A DNA stretch of 64,000 bases from Acidimicrobiales bacterium (GTDB lineage: Bacteria; Actinomycetota; Acidimicrobiia; Acidimicrobiales; Bin134), in the NCBI GenBank assembly GCA_965116535.1, contig OZ220703.1, positions 961,545 through 1,025,544 of the forward strand. The letters run 5' to 3'. Below, one piece after another: positions 34,884 through 44,272 of this stretch. A program made the translations under genes and the position numbers. The notes beneath the pieces are model-generated. The model did not search any database. It was not told the DNA's origin and saw nothing but the letters and a program-made list of their open reading frames with translations. How positions within the stretch are numbered: the stretch's first letter is position 1; every line of letters starts with the position of its first letter.

Positions 34884-35762
34884 TCAAGCCTGGAGCATTA
34901 CCCGGTAAATGCGCTCCAGATCATCCAGGTCGGCAAACTGAATCACCAGTTTTCCCTGACCCTTGCCGAGCGTCACATCCACTTTGGTGGCGAGGTGATC
35001 GCTTAACAAGCTCTCCAATTCGAGCACTGCCGCTCCTCTGTCAGCTCCGCCCGATCCTGATATCGGCTGTCTTGTGTTCTTGGCCGTCGGTGACGCACCC
35101 CGAGCTGCTTGTTCCACCATTCGCACCGTCAAGCCGTCTGCCACTGCTTTTTTGGCCAGCTTGATCAATCGCTGTTTGTTGGAGACTCCGAGTAATGCCC
35201 GAGCATGACCCGCCGACAGTGAGCCGTCGACAACCATTGCCTTGACTTCGTCGGGGAGCTGCAAGAGACGCACCGTGTTGGCCACAGCCGATCGACTTCG
35301 GCCCAGCCGCTTGGCCACGGTTTCCTGGGTGAATCCAAACTCCTCAATCAACTGCTGACACGCGGCTGCCTCTTCAACGGCGTTCAGGTCTTCGCGATGC
35401 AGGTTCTCCAGCAAGGATTGCTCGAGGGCATCGGCGTCTTCCGCAGTGCGGACAACTGCTGGAATCCGGTCAAGTCCTGCCTGCCTTGCCGCTCGACAGC
35501 GGCGCTCACCGGCAATCAGCTCGTATTCTCCGTTTGCCGAGGGCCGGACCAGCACCGGCTGAAGCACGCCTACCTCGCGGATTGACTCTGTCAGCACATT
35601 CAGTGCCGCTTGGTCGAATTTGTCCCGGGGCTGGTAGGGGTTCACTGAGATGGCATCAAGGGGAAGTTCCAAAAATGACGACGAGCGCACCCCGTCGGTC
35701 GTCGCTGAGGAATCGGAAATAAGGGCGCTGAGACCCCTACCCAACCCTGGCGAGCGTGCCAT
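34884..35762 (-). CDS. parB: Chromosome partitioning protein ParB
   Basis: GLGRGLSALI N-terminus, ParB box YELIAGERRCRAA, and an HTH region. Confidence 0.95.
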   Translation of the reverse strand: MARSPGLGRGLSALISDSSATTDGVRSSSFLELPLDAISVNPYQPRDKFDQAALNVLTESIREVGVLQPVLVRPSANGEYELIAGERRCRAARQAGLDRIPAVVRTAEDADALEQSLLENLHREDLNAVEEAAACQQLIEEFGFTQETVAKRLGRSRSAVANTVRLLQLPDEVKAMVVDGSLSAGHARALLGVSNKQRLIKLAKKAVADGLTVRMVEQAARGASPTAKNTRQPISGSGGADRGAAVLELESLLSDHLATKVDVTLGKGQGKLVIQFADLDDLERIYRVMLQA

Positions 35763-36543
35763 CAGCTACCTCCTTGGCTAGTTCGCGGTAGGCCAGTGCT
35801 CCTCGCGACCTTGGATGAGTGACGGTTACCGGAGCTCCATACGACGGCGCCTCAGCCAAGCGAATATTCCGGGGGATCATCTGATGGCAGACTTTGTCGC
35901 CGAAGTAGCTGCGGATCTCCGTGGCCACTTGAGCCGACAGTTTGGTGCGACCGTCGTACATGACAAGCACGATGAGAGAGATCTCCAGGTCACTGTTGAG
36001 GCTGGTGCGGACCAGTTCGATGTTCCGCATCAACTGCCCCAGGCCCTCCAAGGCGTAGTACTCGCATTGGATCGGCACCATTACCTCGCGGGCCGCAGCC
36101 ATCGCATTTACGGTGAGCAAGCCCAGCGAAGGAGGACAGTCCACAAAGACATAGTCGAACTCGCCGTACACGGTGGATAGCGCAGAATCCAGCCTCCGCT
36201 CCCGGTTGAACGCAGGCACAAGTTCTATCTCGGCGCCGGCAAGATCCAGAGTAGATGGCGCCACCCAGAGGTTCTTGACCTGAGTCGGAACAATGCTCTC
36301 CCTCAAACTCCCGTTCTGAAGCAAGACGTCGTAGGTTGACACCCCACCAGAAAACGGATCGATTCCCAAGCCGGTGGTGGCATTGGCCTGTGGGTCCAGA
36401 TCAACAACCAAGACTCGGTGGCCGATATCGGCAAGGCATGCAGAGAGGTTGACGGTTGTTGTGGTCTTCCCAACCCCACCCTTTTGATTGGCGACCGCGA
36501 TCACGCGGCACGGCAAAGATTGATGTATTTCGCCAATAGACAC
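35737..36543 (-). CDS. parA: Chromosome partitioning ATPase ParA/Soj
   Basis: Deviant Walker A VANQKGGVGKTTT. GTG start. 26-nt overlap with parB. Confidence 0.95.
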   Translation of the reverse strand: MSIGEIHQSLPCRVIAVANQKGGVGKTTTTVNLSACLADIGHRVLVVDLDPQANATTGLGIDPFSGGVSTYDVLLQNGSLRESIVPTQVKNLWVAPSTLDLAGAEIELVPAFNRERRLDSALSTVYGEFDYVFVDCPPSLGLLTVNAMAAAREVMVPIQCEYYALEGLGQLMRNIELVRTSLNSDLEISLIVLVMYDGRTKLSAQVATEIRSYFGDKVCHQMIPRNIRLAEAPSYGAPVTVTHPRSRGALAYRELAKEVADGTLARVG

Positions 36544-36593
36544 TTAGTGAATTCTCCCTTACCCTAAACCAGTGGTCAAGGATACCCGATGGA

Positions 36594-36609
36594 TGTTCCA
36601 CGTGAAACA
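36594..36609. promoter_or_regulatory. parS: parS centromere-like site
   Basis: TGTTCCACGTGAAACA has one mismatch to the consensus TGTTTCACGTGAAACA. It lies between rsmG and parA. Confidence 0.85.
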
Positions 36610-36624
36610 ACGGGGCAAGGCCTT

Positions 36625-37188
36625 CTAATGCGTTCGCGCAGACCGGTGGAAGCGAGGTGGGGATTGGGTTAGGCGGTCGGAGGCCATGCCTTGTTTGGCC
36701 AGCATGTCGGATGGCCATGGGGTGGCATCAGGGGCAGCGCTGACCACAAGTTCACCGCCAAGACGAAGAAGGGGAGCGGCCGCTTCCACCACGAGGGTTG
36801 AAGACCCGAGGCTGCGTGCCGTCACCAGATCGGCTCGACCTTGATACTGCTCTTGTTGTCCAAGGCTCTGAACAGTGGCTTGGCAGACGACTACCCGGTC
36901 TGACCACCCAAGGCGGGCACAGTTCAGTTCCAGAAAAGCAGCTCTGGATAGCGAGGACTCCACCAGTGTCCACTGAGACTGCGGCCAAAACGCGGCCAAG
37001 ACAAGAGCTGGCAGGCCGCCGCCGCTTCCCAAGTCAACTGCCACAGTCGGAGCTGAGGCAACTGCCGAGGCAAATCCTAGAGAGTGTTCGATGTGCTGGT
37101 GGACATCACGACCACCCACCCAGCCCCGCTCCTGAGCTTGGCCGAATACATCGGCCAGCTTGGACCGGTCTGCACTATTCAAGTGCAC
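36625..37188 (-). CDS. rsmG: 16S rRNA (guanine527-N7)-methyltransferase
   Basis: SAM motif VDLGSGGGLPALVLA. Conserved position between jag and parA. Confidence 0.9.
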   Translation of the reverse strand: MHLNSADRSKLADVFGQAQERGWVGGRDVHQHIEHSLGFASAVASAPTVAVDLGSGGGLPALVLAAFWPQSQWTLVESSLSRAAFLELNCARLGWSDRVVVCQATVQSLGQQEQYQGRADLVTARSLGSSTLVVEAAAPLLRLGGELVVSAAPDATPWPSDMLAKQGMASDRLTQSPPRFHRSARTH

Positions 37189-37191
37189 AGA

Positions 37192-38124
37192 TCAGTCAGG
37201 GATGATCACGACCCAGCGACGAGGCTCTTGGCCTTCTGACACCGTGTTGACACCGTCGATCTCGGCCACAACATCGTGAACCACCTTGCGATCAGCGGCA
37301 TTCATGGGTTCAAGGGGCCGATCTTCACCGGTGTCTCGCACTTCTAGTGCAATCTTCTCGCAGAACGACTCGAGGGCTGCCCGCCGGCGTTCTCTATAGC
37401 CGCCGATGTCGACTCGAATCCGGCCCTCACAGTTACCGTCCGACTTGCGCTGCACCAGCATCCGCGACAAGTCCTCCACTGCCCGCAGCGTGTTGCCCTT
37501 GGGCCCAATAAGCAAACCCACTCCTTCGGTGTTCTCGACCCGCATTTCGACGGTCTCCTCGTCGACGCGCTCGGCATTCACCTCGGCGTCCAACTCAAAG
37601 GCATCCAACAGGCCGTCGAGGAACTCGGTCACCAAGGTGCTCTGCTCCTCCAAACTCATTTGGTCTTCCACTGGTTTGCTCTCCCTCATTCTCTCCCCCT
37701 CCGGGGCTTTTGCTGATCGGCTCTTATTTCCACTCTCACTGCCCTTACCGGGGTTCTGAGATTTCTGCTGTTGCTGTCCTCGCGGCGGACGGCTGCCACC
37801 GCGAGACTGCGAACTCCGATTCTTGTTCTGGCCACTCCGCCCTCCACGAGCGCCTCCGGCCTTCAAACTACCTTGATCCTGTCCGGGTTTCCGACCCCGA
37901 TCTCTGGTATTGGTGTTACGGCGATTCCGGTTTCGCTTCTCTCGCGGCAGCACGGGCCGCACTCGAGCGCGAATACGTGCCTCTGTCCGTCGAAGGCCCA
38001 AAAGAGCCGACTTGGGTTCGTCCACAACAGAAAACTCGGCTTCGCTGCGATCCACCCCCAGTCGGTCGAGAGCTGCTTCTTCGGCCTGGGCAATGGTCTT
38101 GCCGGTGACTTCTAGCCACTCCAT
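37192..38124 (-). CDS. jag: Jag/KhpB-like RNA-binding protein (Jag_N, KH, R3H) with a long basic low-complexity linker
   Basis: N-terminus MEWLEVTGKTIAQAEEAALDRLGV and C-terminal R3H-like LEPMNAADRKVVHD. Conserved position after yidC. Confidence 0.85.
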   Translation of the reverse strand: MEWLEVTGKTIAQAEEAALDRLGVDRSEAEFSVVDEPKSALLGLRRTEARIRARVRPVLPREKRNRNRRNTNTRDRGRKPGQDQGSLKAGGARGGRSGQNKNRSSQSRGGSRPPRGQQQQKSQNPGKGSESGNKSRSAKAPEGERMRESKPVEDQMSLEEQSTLVTEFLDGLLDAFELDAEVNAERVDEETVEMRVENTEGVGLLIGPKGNTLRAVEDLSRMLVQRKSDGNCEGRIRVDIGGYRERRRAALESFCEKIALEVRDTGEDRPLEPMNAADRKVVHDVVAEIDGVNTVSEGQEPRRWVVIIPD

Positions 38125-38126
38125 GG

Positions 38127-39338
38127 CTATTTTCTCCTCTTCTTCCGCCGGCGTCGACGATCCGTGGGATGTGACTGATGACCCCTTTGCGTGGTCCGGC
38201 TCGTCTGGCGTTGTTCCGGCGCTGGTTTTGACGACTCTTTGCGCTCTGGCTTTGTACCCGAACCCTTTGAGCCTTTCGCTCGCGCTTCTTTGGCTTCGGA
38301 TTCCTTTGCGACCCGAGGCGGCGTCCGCTGACTGGTAGACGTCGCTGTAGTGCGTCGGCTGTCGGTGCGCCTCTTGGGTGGAGTTCTCGATGTGGGTCGC
38401 CGACTGCCGTGATCGGCTACTGGTGTGCGAGTGCGGGTCGGCGCCCGAGGGGCCGGTTCGACGGGCTCGGGGGGTTCCTCTTCATCATCTTCGCTGGTGC
38501 TCTCAATAAGGGCCTGGCGTTCCCGGTGCGGGTTGTAGATACGACGGGTGATCACCGCCTGCTGACCCACGCGCACGATATTCGAGCTCACAAAGTACAG
38601 ATTCAGACCAGCTGGAAAACCTATCGAGATGATCGGCAAGAACCAGGGCATGACCTTCATGATCATCTGCTGCTGGGGGTTGATCGGTGTGTCCGGGTCG
38701 CGACGACCAGCGATCTGGCGCTGCTGGATGTAGCTGGTCACACCAATCAAGACGATCAACAACAAGAACGGCAGGGCCGTGGCAAAAGAGTCTCGGAATG
38801 CGTCGGTGAGACTGCCCGATAGGTCCATACCCCAGAAATTCATCTCTGTGGAGCTCTCGAGAGCAACCCGCAGCTCTGAATCAGACGCCAGGTACTCGGG
38901 ATTGAAGGTCCGCTCGTCAAAATTGGGATTGGGTACTGCGTTCTTCTCTCCAAACGGAAGCCGCCAACCAAAATTGGTTCCTAAATCACTGACTCGCCTT
39001 GTCAATCCTCGGATTAGTCGGAAAAGGACGAAAAATACCGGAAGCTGAGCAAGTATAGGAAGACAGCTACCCAGAGGATTCACGTTGTTGGCTTGGTACA
39101 AGCGCATCATCTCTTCGTTCATCCGCTGGCGGTCGCCTTGGTATTGCGCCTGGATTTTCTTGACCTCCGGCTGGAGAGTCTGCATTCGAAGCATCGACCG
39201 CGTGGTGTAGAACGTGAGCGGAGTCAAAATCAACATCACCGTAAGCGTGAACAGCATGATGGCGACGCCGTAGCTCTCCCCCAGCGTGTAGTAAACCGCT
39301 AACAGCCAGGCGAGCCCGTCGAACAGTGCGTCAAACAC
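38127..39338 (-). CDS. yidC: Membrane protein insertase YidC
   Basis: The track ORF was trimmed to GTG 39338, which gives an 8-nt overlap with the yidD stop. YidC-type core (LTPLTFYTTRSMLRMQTLQPEVKKIQAQY...; NLYFVSSNIVRVGQQ) and a basic C-terminal tail. Confidence 0.9.
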   Translation of the reverse strand: MFDALFDGLAWLLAVYYTLGESYGVAIMLFTLTVMLILTPLTFYTTRSMLRMQTLQPEVKKIQAQYQGDRQRMNEEMMRLYQANNVNPLGSCLPILAQLPVFFVLFRLIRGLTRRVSDLGTNFGWRLPFGEKNAVPNPNFDERTFNPEYLASDSELRVALESSTEMNFWGMDLSGSLTDAFRDSFATALPFLLLIVLIGVTSYIQQRQIAGRRDPDTPINPQQQMIMKVMPWFLPIISIGFPAGLNLYFVSSNIVRVGQQAVITRRIYNPHRERQALIESTSEDDEEEPPEPVEPAPRAPTRTRTPVADHGSRRPTSRTPPKRRTDSRRTTATSTSQRTPPRVAKESEAKEARAKGSKGSGTKPERKESSKPAPEQRQTSRTTQRGHQSHPTDRRRRRKKRRK

Positions 39339-39603
39339 CGGACACCGCCTCGCTAGCCGTGGGGTCGGGGGCCAGTCGCCCGTTGACGTCAGGCACCGGG
39401 TCCCACCCCGACGGAGCTCCAGGGCGGCATCGCAACAGTCGGCGCAGACCCAGCCATACACCTTTCAGGGCCCCGTGCACCTCCACTGCCTCCACCGCAT
39501 AGTAAGAGCAGCTGGGAACATATCGACATGGCGTCGGACGGTGATCGGTGGCCCGCTGATAAACCGTGATCAGGCCTTTCACGGCCCGGGCGACCACACT
39601 CAT
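39331..39603 (-). CDS. yidD: Membrane protein insertion efficiency factor YidD
   Basis: CRYVPSCSYYAVEAVEVHGALKG...RCRP...GWDPVP motif. Trimmed to ATG 39603. Confidence 0.85.
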   Translation of the reverse strand: MSVVARAVKGLITVYQRATDHRPTPCRYVPSCSYYAVEAVEVHGALKGVWLGLRRLLRCRPGAPSGWDPVPDVNGRLAPDPTASEAVSGV

Positions 39604-39635
39604 CTCCAGGTGCCTGTTCCGGTCTTCCAGCGAGT

Positions 39636-39980
39636 TCATGGCCCCGATTGCTCCAACTTGGACAGGCATGCTTGCAACGAAACTCTCAGGTCAGCGTGGG
39701 ATACTCCTCCTGCCCCCTGCTTCGCGCCGATGAGATACAGGCCGGCAGGCAAGCCGGCGTAAGCCTCCCGGTCAAGGGCTCCCACAATCGCGCGCAAACG
39801 GCGACGAATCATATTCCGGGTCACCGCTGGACCCACTTGTCGAGGCAATGCATATGCAACTCGAGCCGCGCCGACGGAGGGGTCGGGCAAGACCCGGACC
39901 CAAAGCAGCCCATGGTCAACACGAACACCATCGGCCCTGAGCCGCGTGAACGCCGAGCGTCCCCGAAGCCGCTCGATCAG
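39636..39980 (-). CDS. rnpA: Ribonuclease P protein component (start uncertain)
   Basis: [25 protein letters not shown] is the RnpA RNR-type motif. The first canonical start is TTG 39890 (84 aa). The open frame upstream encodes RnpA-like [22 protein letters not shown] with no ATG/GTG/TTG. The proposed start is a CTG at 39978-39980 overlapping the rpmH stop (114 aa). Confidence 0.6.
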   Translation of the reverse strand: MIERLRGRSAFTRLRADGVRVDHGLLWVRVLPDPSVGAARVAYALPRQVGPAVTRNMIRRRLRAIVGALDREAYAGLPAGLYLIGAKQGAGGVSHADLRVSLQACLSKLEQSGP

Positions 39981-40111
39981 GCCGACAGCCTCTTGCGGCC
40001 GCGGCGCCGACGAGCATTGATGATTGCCCGACCGCCTCTCGTCGTCATCCGGTGCCGAAATCCATGACGCCGTGCCCGGCGCTGCACATTTGGCTGATAG
40101 GTACGCTTCAC
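39977..40111 (-). CDS. rpmH: 50S ribosomal protein L34
   Basis: Hand translation: (GTG)[55 protein letters not shown]. Too short for the ORF track. Confidence 0.95.
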   Translation of the reverse strand: MKRTYQPNVQRRARRHGFRHRMTTRGGRAIINARRRRGRKRLSA

Positions 40112-40397
40112 AACTTCCTCCAAGGCCGGGGTGCCATCGTCTTTGGGACCGCCCTACAAGCGCCTCCCGCCTCCCAGCGTTTCCCCTACGCTACGGCCTT
40201 GCTAGGTGTCACGACAACCACTGCCGCCGACGCGTTCACAATTGCCACCTGAGCGACAATAACAACTTCTTCAACATTCGCCTCTGACCTGCGAAAACTA
40301 TCAAGACGCCCGTGCACGAATAAAGAAGAGGTGCTACAGTCCTGAATTCCAGTCGAGGCGGTGCCAACTTGGTTGGGCAAGACAATAGGACCGCAAG

Positions 40398-40428
40398 TTA
40401 TCCACAGCTTATGCACATTTGTGGATAC
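40398..40428. promoter_or_regulatory. Pair of convergent DnaA boxes in the dnaA promoter region
   Basis: TTATCCACA at 40398-40406 is a perfect E. coli-type consensus. TGTGGATAC at 40420-40428 is the reverse complement of GTATCCACA. The pair lies about 30-60 nt before the dnaA ATG. Confidence 0.7.
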
Positions 40429-40459
40429 CACATGTCATTTTTTTGGAGTTGCCAACAAA

Positions 40460-41842
40460 ATGGTGTCTGCAACAATTCTCTGGTCTTCCTTTGAGAGCAG
40501 CATTCGAGCTCAAGTTCCTGATGCCGTCTGGCAATCCACATTCAACCCAGCAAAAGCAACATCGCTTGAGGAAGACATTCTTGAACTGACCGTTCCAAAC
40601 ACCATCATCAAAGATCGTCTTGAAGGCGAATACTTTGAAGTCTTGAGGAACGCACTAGCTAGCTCAAATGCCACCCATATAACTCTGAAGATCAATACTG
40701 AACAAGATCCTAGCGGCACCGACGACAATTATGACTCTGCTGCTGTACCGCCAGTAGCTACTCCAGAAGTGGCAAGTGCTCCTCCCATCAACCGGACAAC
40801 GACTGCTCTTCATCCAAACTACGTATTCGATAAATTTGTGACCGGGCCATCCAATCGATTTGCCTTGGCAGCAGCGCTCTCAGTCGCCGAAACCCCTGGT
40901 AAATCGTACAATCCGCTCTTCATCCATGGTCATGCTGGCCTTGGCAAGACGCATTTACTCCAGGCGATTGGCCACTACGTCAAGAGTCACTACGTGGACG
41001 ATCAGCGTCATCCAATCAAGCGAATTGTCTATGTGTCCACCGAAACTTTCCTCAATCAGTTTGTTGATGCAATCCGAACAAACACTCGAAGCGAATTCAA
41101 GAAAATCTACAGAGACGTGGATGTACTTCTGGTAGATGACATTCAATTCCTCGAAGGTAAAGAGGGTCTTCAGGAGGAGTTCTTCCATACATTCAACTCT
41201 CTTCATGAAGTCAACAAGCAAATTGTTCTTACCAGTGATCGACCTCCCGACGCGATACCAACTCTTGAAGATCGCATGACCAGTCGATTCAAGATGGGAT
41301 TGCTTACCGACATTCAACCTCCCGACCTTGAAACTCGACTGGCAATTCTTCGAAAGAAGGCTGAGCAATCCAATTTCGCTATTGTCGACGATGTACTTAC
41401 GTTTATCGCCAGTAATATTAAGGACAATATTCGGGAATTGGAAGGAGCTCTCACTCGGGTTACAGCATATGCCAGCTTTAACGACAAACCGCTTGATCTT
41501 GAACTGGCTAAATTCATCCTTCGCGACATCATGACTCGCCGCGAACCACAACCGGTGACGGCTGACATGATCCTGACGGCGACAGCCGACCTATTCAGAT
41601 TCAGCGTGGATGACATCGTCGGACCACGACGTCAGCGGCCGCTTGTCAAGGCCCGGCAGGTGTCCATGTACGTGTTTCGAGAGTTGACCGAGCTGAGCTA
41701 CCCCGACATTGCCCGCGTCTTCGGCGGCCGAGACCACACCACAGCCATACACGCAGTGCAGAAGATCACAAAGCAAATGTCGGAGCAGCCGGAGACGTTC
41801 AACCAGATCAACGAACTCATTCAAAAGATCAAGAATGCTTGA
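40460..41842 (+). CDS. dnaA: Chromosomal replication initiator protein DnaA
   Basis: AAA+ Walker A IHGHAGLGKTHLL, Walker B VLLVDDIQFL, and domain IV HTTAIHAVQKI. The track ORF was trimmed to ATG 40460. Confidence 0.95.
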   Translation: MVSATILWSSFESSIRAQVPDAVWQSTFNPAKATSLEEDILELTVPNTIIKDRLEGEYFEVLRNALASSNATHITLKINTEQDPSGTDDNYDSAAVPPVATPEVASAPPINRTTTALHPNYVFDKFVTGPSNRFALAAALSVAETPGKSYNPLFIHGHAGLGKTHLLQAIGHYVKSHYVDDQRHPIKRIVYVSTETFLNQFVDAIRTNTRSEFKKIYRDVDVLLVDDIQFLEGKEGLQEEFFHTFNSLHEVNKQIVLTSDRPPDAIPTLEDRMTSRFKMGLLTDIQPPDLETRLAILRKKAEQSNFAIVDDVLTFIASNIKDNIRELEGALTRVTAYASFNDKPLDLELAKFILRDIMTRREPQPVTADMILTATADLFRFSVDDIVGPRRQRPLVKARQVSMYVFRELTELSYPDIARVFGGRDHTTAIHAVQKITKQMSEQPETFNQINELIQKIKNA

Positions 41843-42084
41843 GCCCAGACAATGGGGAATGCAAGTGGAGCAACCTGGGGAAAGATCGCTCGCAGCTGGG
41901 GATAGGGAGCACATAGTCCACAGGGAGCCTGCCGCGGCCGCGAGTAGTGCACTTGCCTGGGGAAAGCGAAGCAGAAAGTTAAGCCAAGTTGACCAGGGGA
42001 AATGGTATCTTTCCACATTTCCACCGACCTACTGCTACTAGCAGTAATTATTTAAATAAGTACAGGTAAGAAGGAGAGCAGCCT
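41843..42084. other. oriC: Candidate oriC core (dnaA-dnaN spacer): DnaA-box-like motifs, repeated TGGGGAA motif, AT-rich unwinding element
   Basis: TAGTCCACA at 41914-41922. TTTCCACA and TTTCCACC in tandem at 42010-42025. Palindrome CTGCTAcTAGCAG at 42032-42044. The AT-rich stretch TAATTATTTAAATAAG at 42045-42060 stands out in a GC-rich genome. Confidence 0.6.
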
Positions 42085-43179
42085 GTGAAGTTTCGATGCG
42101 AGCGAGATGCTCTTTTGGAAGCATTGACGGTGACAGGGAGAGCAGCGGGAACACGAGGTGGGTTCCATCTCGTGCTTTCTGGAGTTCACATGGCTTTGGA
42201 GGGCGATGAACTCACCCTCACGGCCACTGACAGGGAGTTGACCATAACCATTCGACTGACAGTGGCTGGTGATGGAGACGGAGCCACCGTGGTCACTTCG
42301 CGGTTGATTGGCGACGTGGTTCGTTCTCTGGATGCTGGGGCAGTGAATGTGACAGTGGACGGTGAAGGCATCCACATTGATTCGGCTCGCTCCAAATTCT
42401 CTCTCCAGACAATGGGAACTGAAGATTTCCCCCAGGTGGGAGAGCTGGAGGGTGACCCGGTAGTGCTTGAGGCCGAAGGTTTGCTCACAGCTTTGCGTCA
42501 GGTAGTGAAGGCAGCGTCAGCCGATGAGTCTCGCCCTGTGTTGACCGGCGTGCTGCTGTCCGCAGAGCAGAACGGGCTCCGCCTGGTCACAACTGATTCG
42601 TATCGCTTGGCTCTGTGTGATCTGCCCGGCTTGGAGGTCCTTGGATCTGATCAGAGTGTTTTGGTGCCATCGCGGGCGCTTCAAGAAGTGATCCGCCTAT
42701 TAGCTGATGTTGAACAGGTCAGCGTGCGGTTTAGCGACCGCGAGGCATCGTTCAGCCTGGGGGCGATAACGGTAACCACCAGGTTGATTGAAGGAGAATT
42801 TCCCAGCTATCAGGGCTTGATCCCCACGCACCAGCCGAATCGGCTAACCGTAAACAGGGAGGGATTCATCAACGCGGTACGCAGAGTTCGTCTTATGGCC
42901 CAAGACTCCACCCCAATCCGCATGGATATGTCGGAGGCCGGATTGGAGTTGTCGGCCACGACCCAAGACGTCGGCGAGGCCACCGAGCAGCTGGACGCTG
43001 TGTTTGAGGGGGAAGGCCTCACGGTGGCTTTCAATCCCGAGTATCTGCTGGACGGAGCAGAGGCCGCGCCCGGCGAGGAGATTGTGCTGAACACCGTGGA
43101 CGCCCTGAAGCCAGCGGTAATTCGCACCCCCGAATCCGAGCAGTTCCTTTATTTGCTCATGCCCGTTCGTATCAACTGA
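42085..43179 (+). CDS. dnaN: DNA polymerase III beta sliding clamp
   Basis: GTG start with an AAGGAGAG RBS. 364 aa. Conserved position. C-terminal LYLLMPVRI. Confidence 0.95.
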   Translation: MKFRCERDALLEALTVTGRAAGTRGGFHLVLSGVHMALEGDELTLTATDRELTITIRLTVAGDGDGATVVTSRLIGDVVRSLDAGAVNVTVDGEGIHIDSARSKFSLQTMGTEDFPQVGELEGDPVVLEAEGLLTALRQVVKAASADESRPVLTGVLLSAEQNGLRLVTTDSYRLALCDLPGLEVLGSDQSVLVPSRALQEVIRLLADVEQVSVRFSDREASFSLGAITVTTRLIEGEFPSYQGLIPTHQPNRLTVNREGFINAVRRVRLMAQDSTPIRMDMSEAGLELSATTQDVGEATEQLDAVFEGEGLTVAFNPEYLLDGAEAAPGEEIVLNTVDALKPAVIRTPESEQFLYLLMPVRIN

Positions 43180-43186
43180 GCGGGGC

Positions 43187-44272
43187 GTGCGCCTTCAACG
43201 TCTCTGGCTAGCGGACTTTCGCAATTATTCCCATCTCGATATTGAACTGCCCGCAGGTACCAGCCTGTTCGTAGGTCTCAACGGCGAGGGCAAGACCAAT
43301 CTTCTTGAGGCGGTGTACTACCTGGCCTCGATGTCATCGTTTCGCGTGAAGACCGCTGACTCGATGATCCGAGCGGGGCCAGACGTTGCCGAGGCAGTGG
43401 TGCGGGGCGAGGTGGTAGTCGACCAGCGGGAGATCTTGCTGGAGGCCGCACTCAGGTCCACCGGAAGGTCGCAGTTTCAGGTCAACCGCCAGCGAGTGCG
43501 CCGCCGAGAACTGCTGGGCTTGGTGCCCGTGTCTGTTTTCATGCCCGACGACTTGGTGTTGCTCAAAGGCGGACCTGGAGAACGGCGCCAATTCGTTGAC
43601 GATGCCCTAGGTCAGATCGATCCCCGCCTGGATGCAGTCAGGGCAAACCTGGAGAGCATCTTGCGCCAGCGGAATGCCCTGCTGCGCCAATCGGGAGGCC
43701 AGATCGACTCTGAGATTGCGGTAACGCTCGACGTATGGGACGAGAAGCTTGCCGATGTCGGGGAGCGGCTGGGGGAAGCCCGAAGGAACTTGGTGGCCAA
43801 CCTCGAGCCCAAGGCGGCTGCGGCGTACCAAGAGATAGCGGTCAAATCAACATCTGTGAGCTTGTCCTATGAGTCAACCTGGTCACCCGGTGAATTGGGA
43901 GACGTATTGGGTCGGGCCCGAAAAGAAGACCTCCGTCGAGGAGCGACAACCGTGGGTCCTCATCGAGACGATGTCGCGATCGTTCTCGGGGGAAGGCCAG
44001 CTCGAACTCACGCTTCCCAGGGGGAACAGCGGTCGTTGGCGTTGGCGCTGCGCTTGGCCGTACACCGGGAGTTGGCGGATGCAACTGGTCAATCCCCCCT
44101 CCTTTTGCTGGACGATGTGTTCTCGGAGTTGGATCCGGAGAGGTCGAAGGGTGTCTTGAAGGCGCTGCAATCTGAGCAGACGCTTTTGACCACGGCCGGC
44201 GCGCTCCCTTCTGACATCAACTACAACGCCCGATTTCGAGTAGCGGACGGTCGGATCATTCGCGAAACGTGA
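43187..44272 (+). CDS. recF: DNA replication and repair protein RecF
   Basis: Walker A GLNGEGKTNLLEA, signature SQGEQRSLALALRLA, and LLLLDDVFSELD. Confidence 0.95.
   Translation: MRLQRLWLADFRNYSHLDIELPAGTSLFVGLNGEGKTNLLEAVYYLASMSSFRVKTADSMIRAGPDVAEAVVRGEVVVDQREILLEAALRSTGRSQFQVNRQRVRRRELLGLVPVSVFMPDDLVLLKGGPGERRQFVDDALGQIDPRLDAVRANLESILRQRNALLRQSGGQIDSEIAVTLDVWDEKLADVGERLGEARRNLVANLEPKAAAAYQEIAVKSTSVSLSYESTWSPGELGDVLGRARKEDLRRGATTVGPHRDDVAIVLGGRPARTHASQGEQRSLALALRLAVHRELADATGQSPLLLLDDVFSELDPERSKGVLKALQSEQTLLTTAGALPSDINYNARFRVADGRIIRET

Noticed and set aside
40112-40397. Additional DnaA boxes in the rpmH-dnaA spacer (for example GCGTTCACAA, CGTGCACGAA)
   Set aside because: They have too many mismatches to TT(A/G)TCCACA to distinguish from chance. 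Only the two strong boxes at 40398-40428 were reported.
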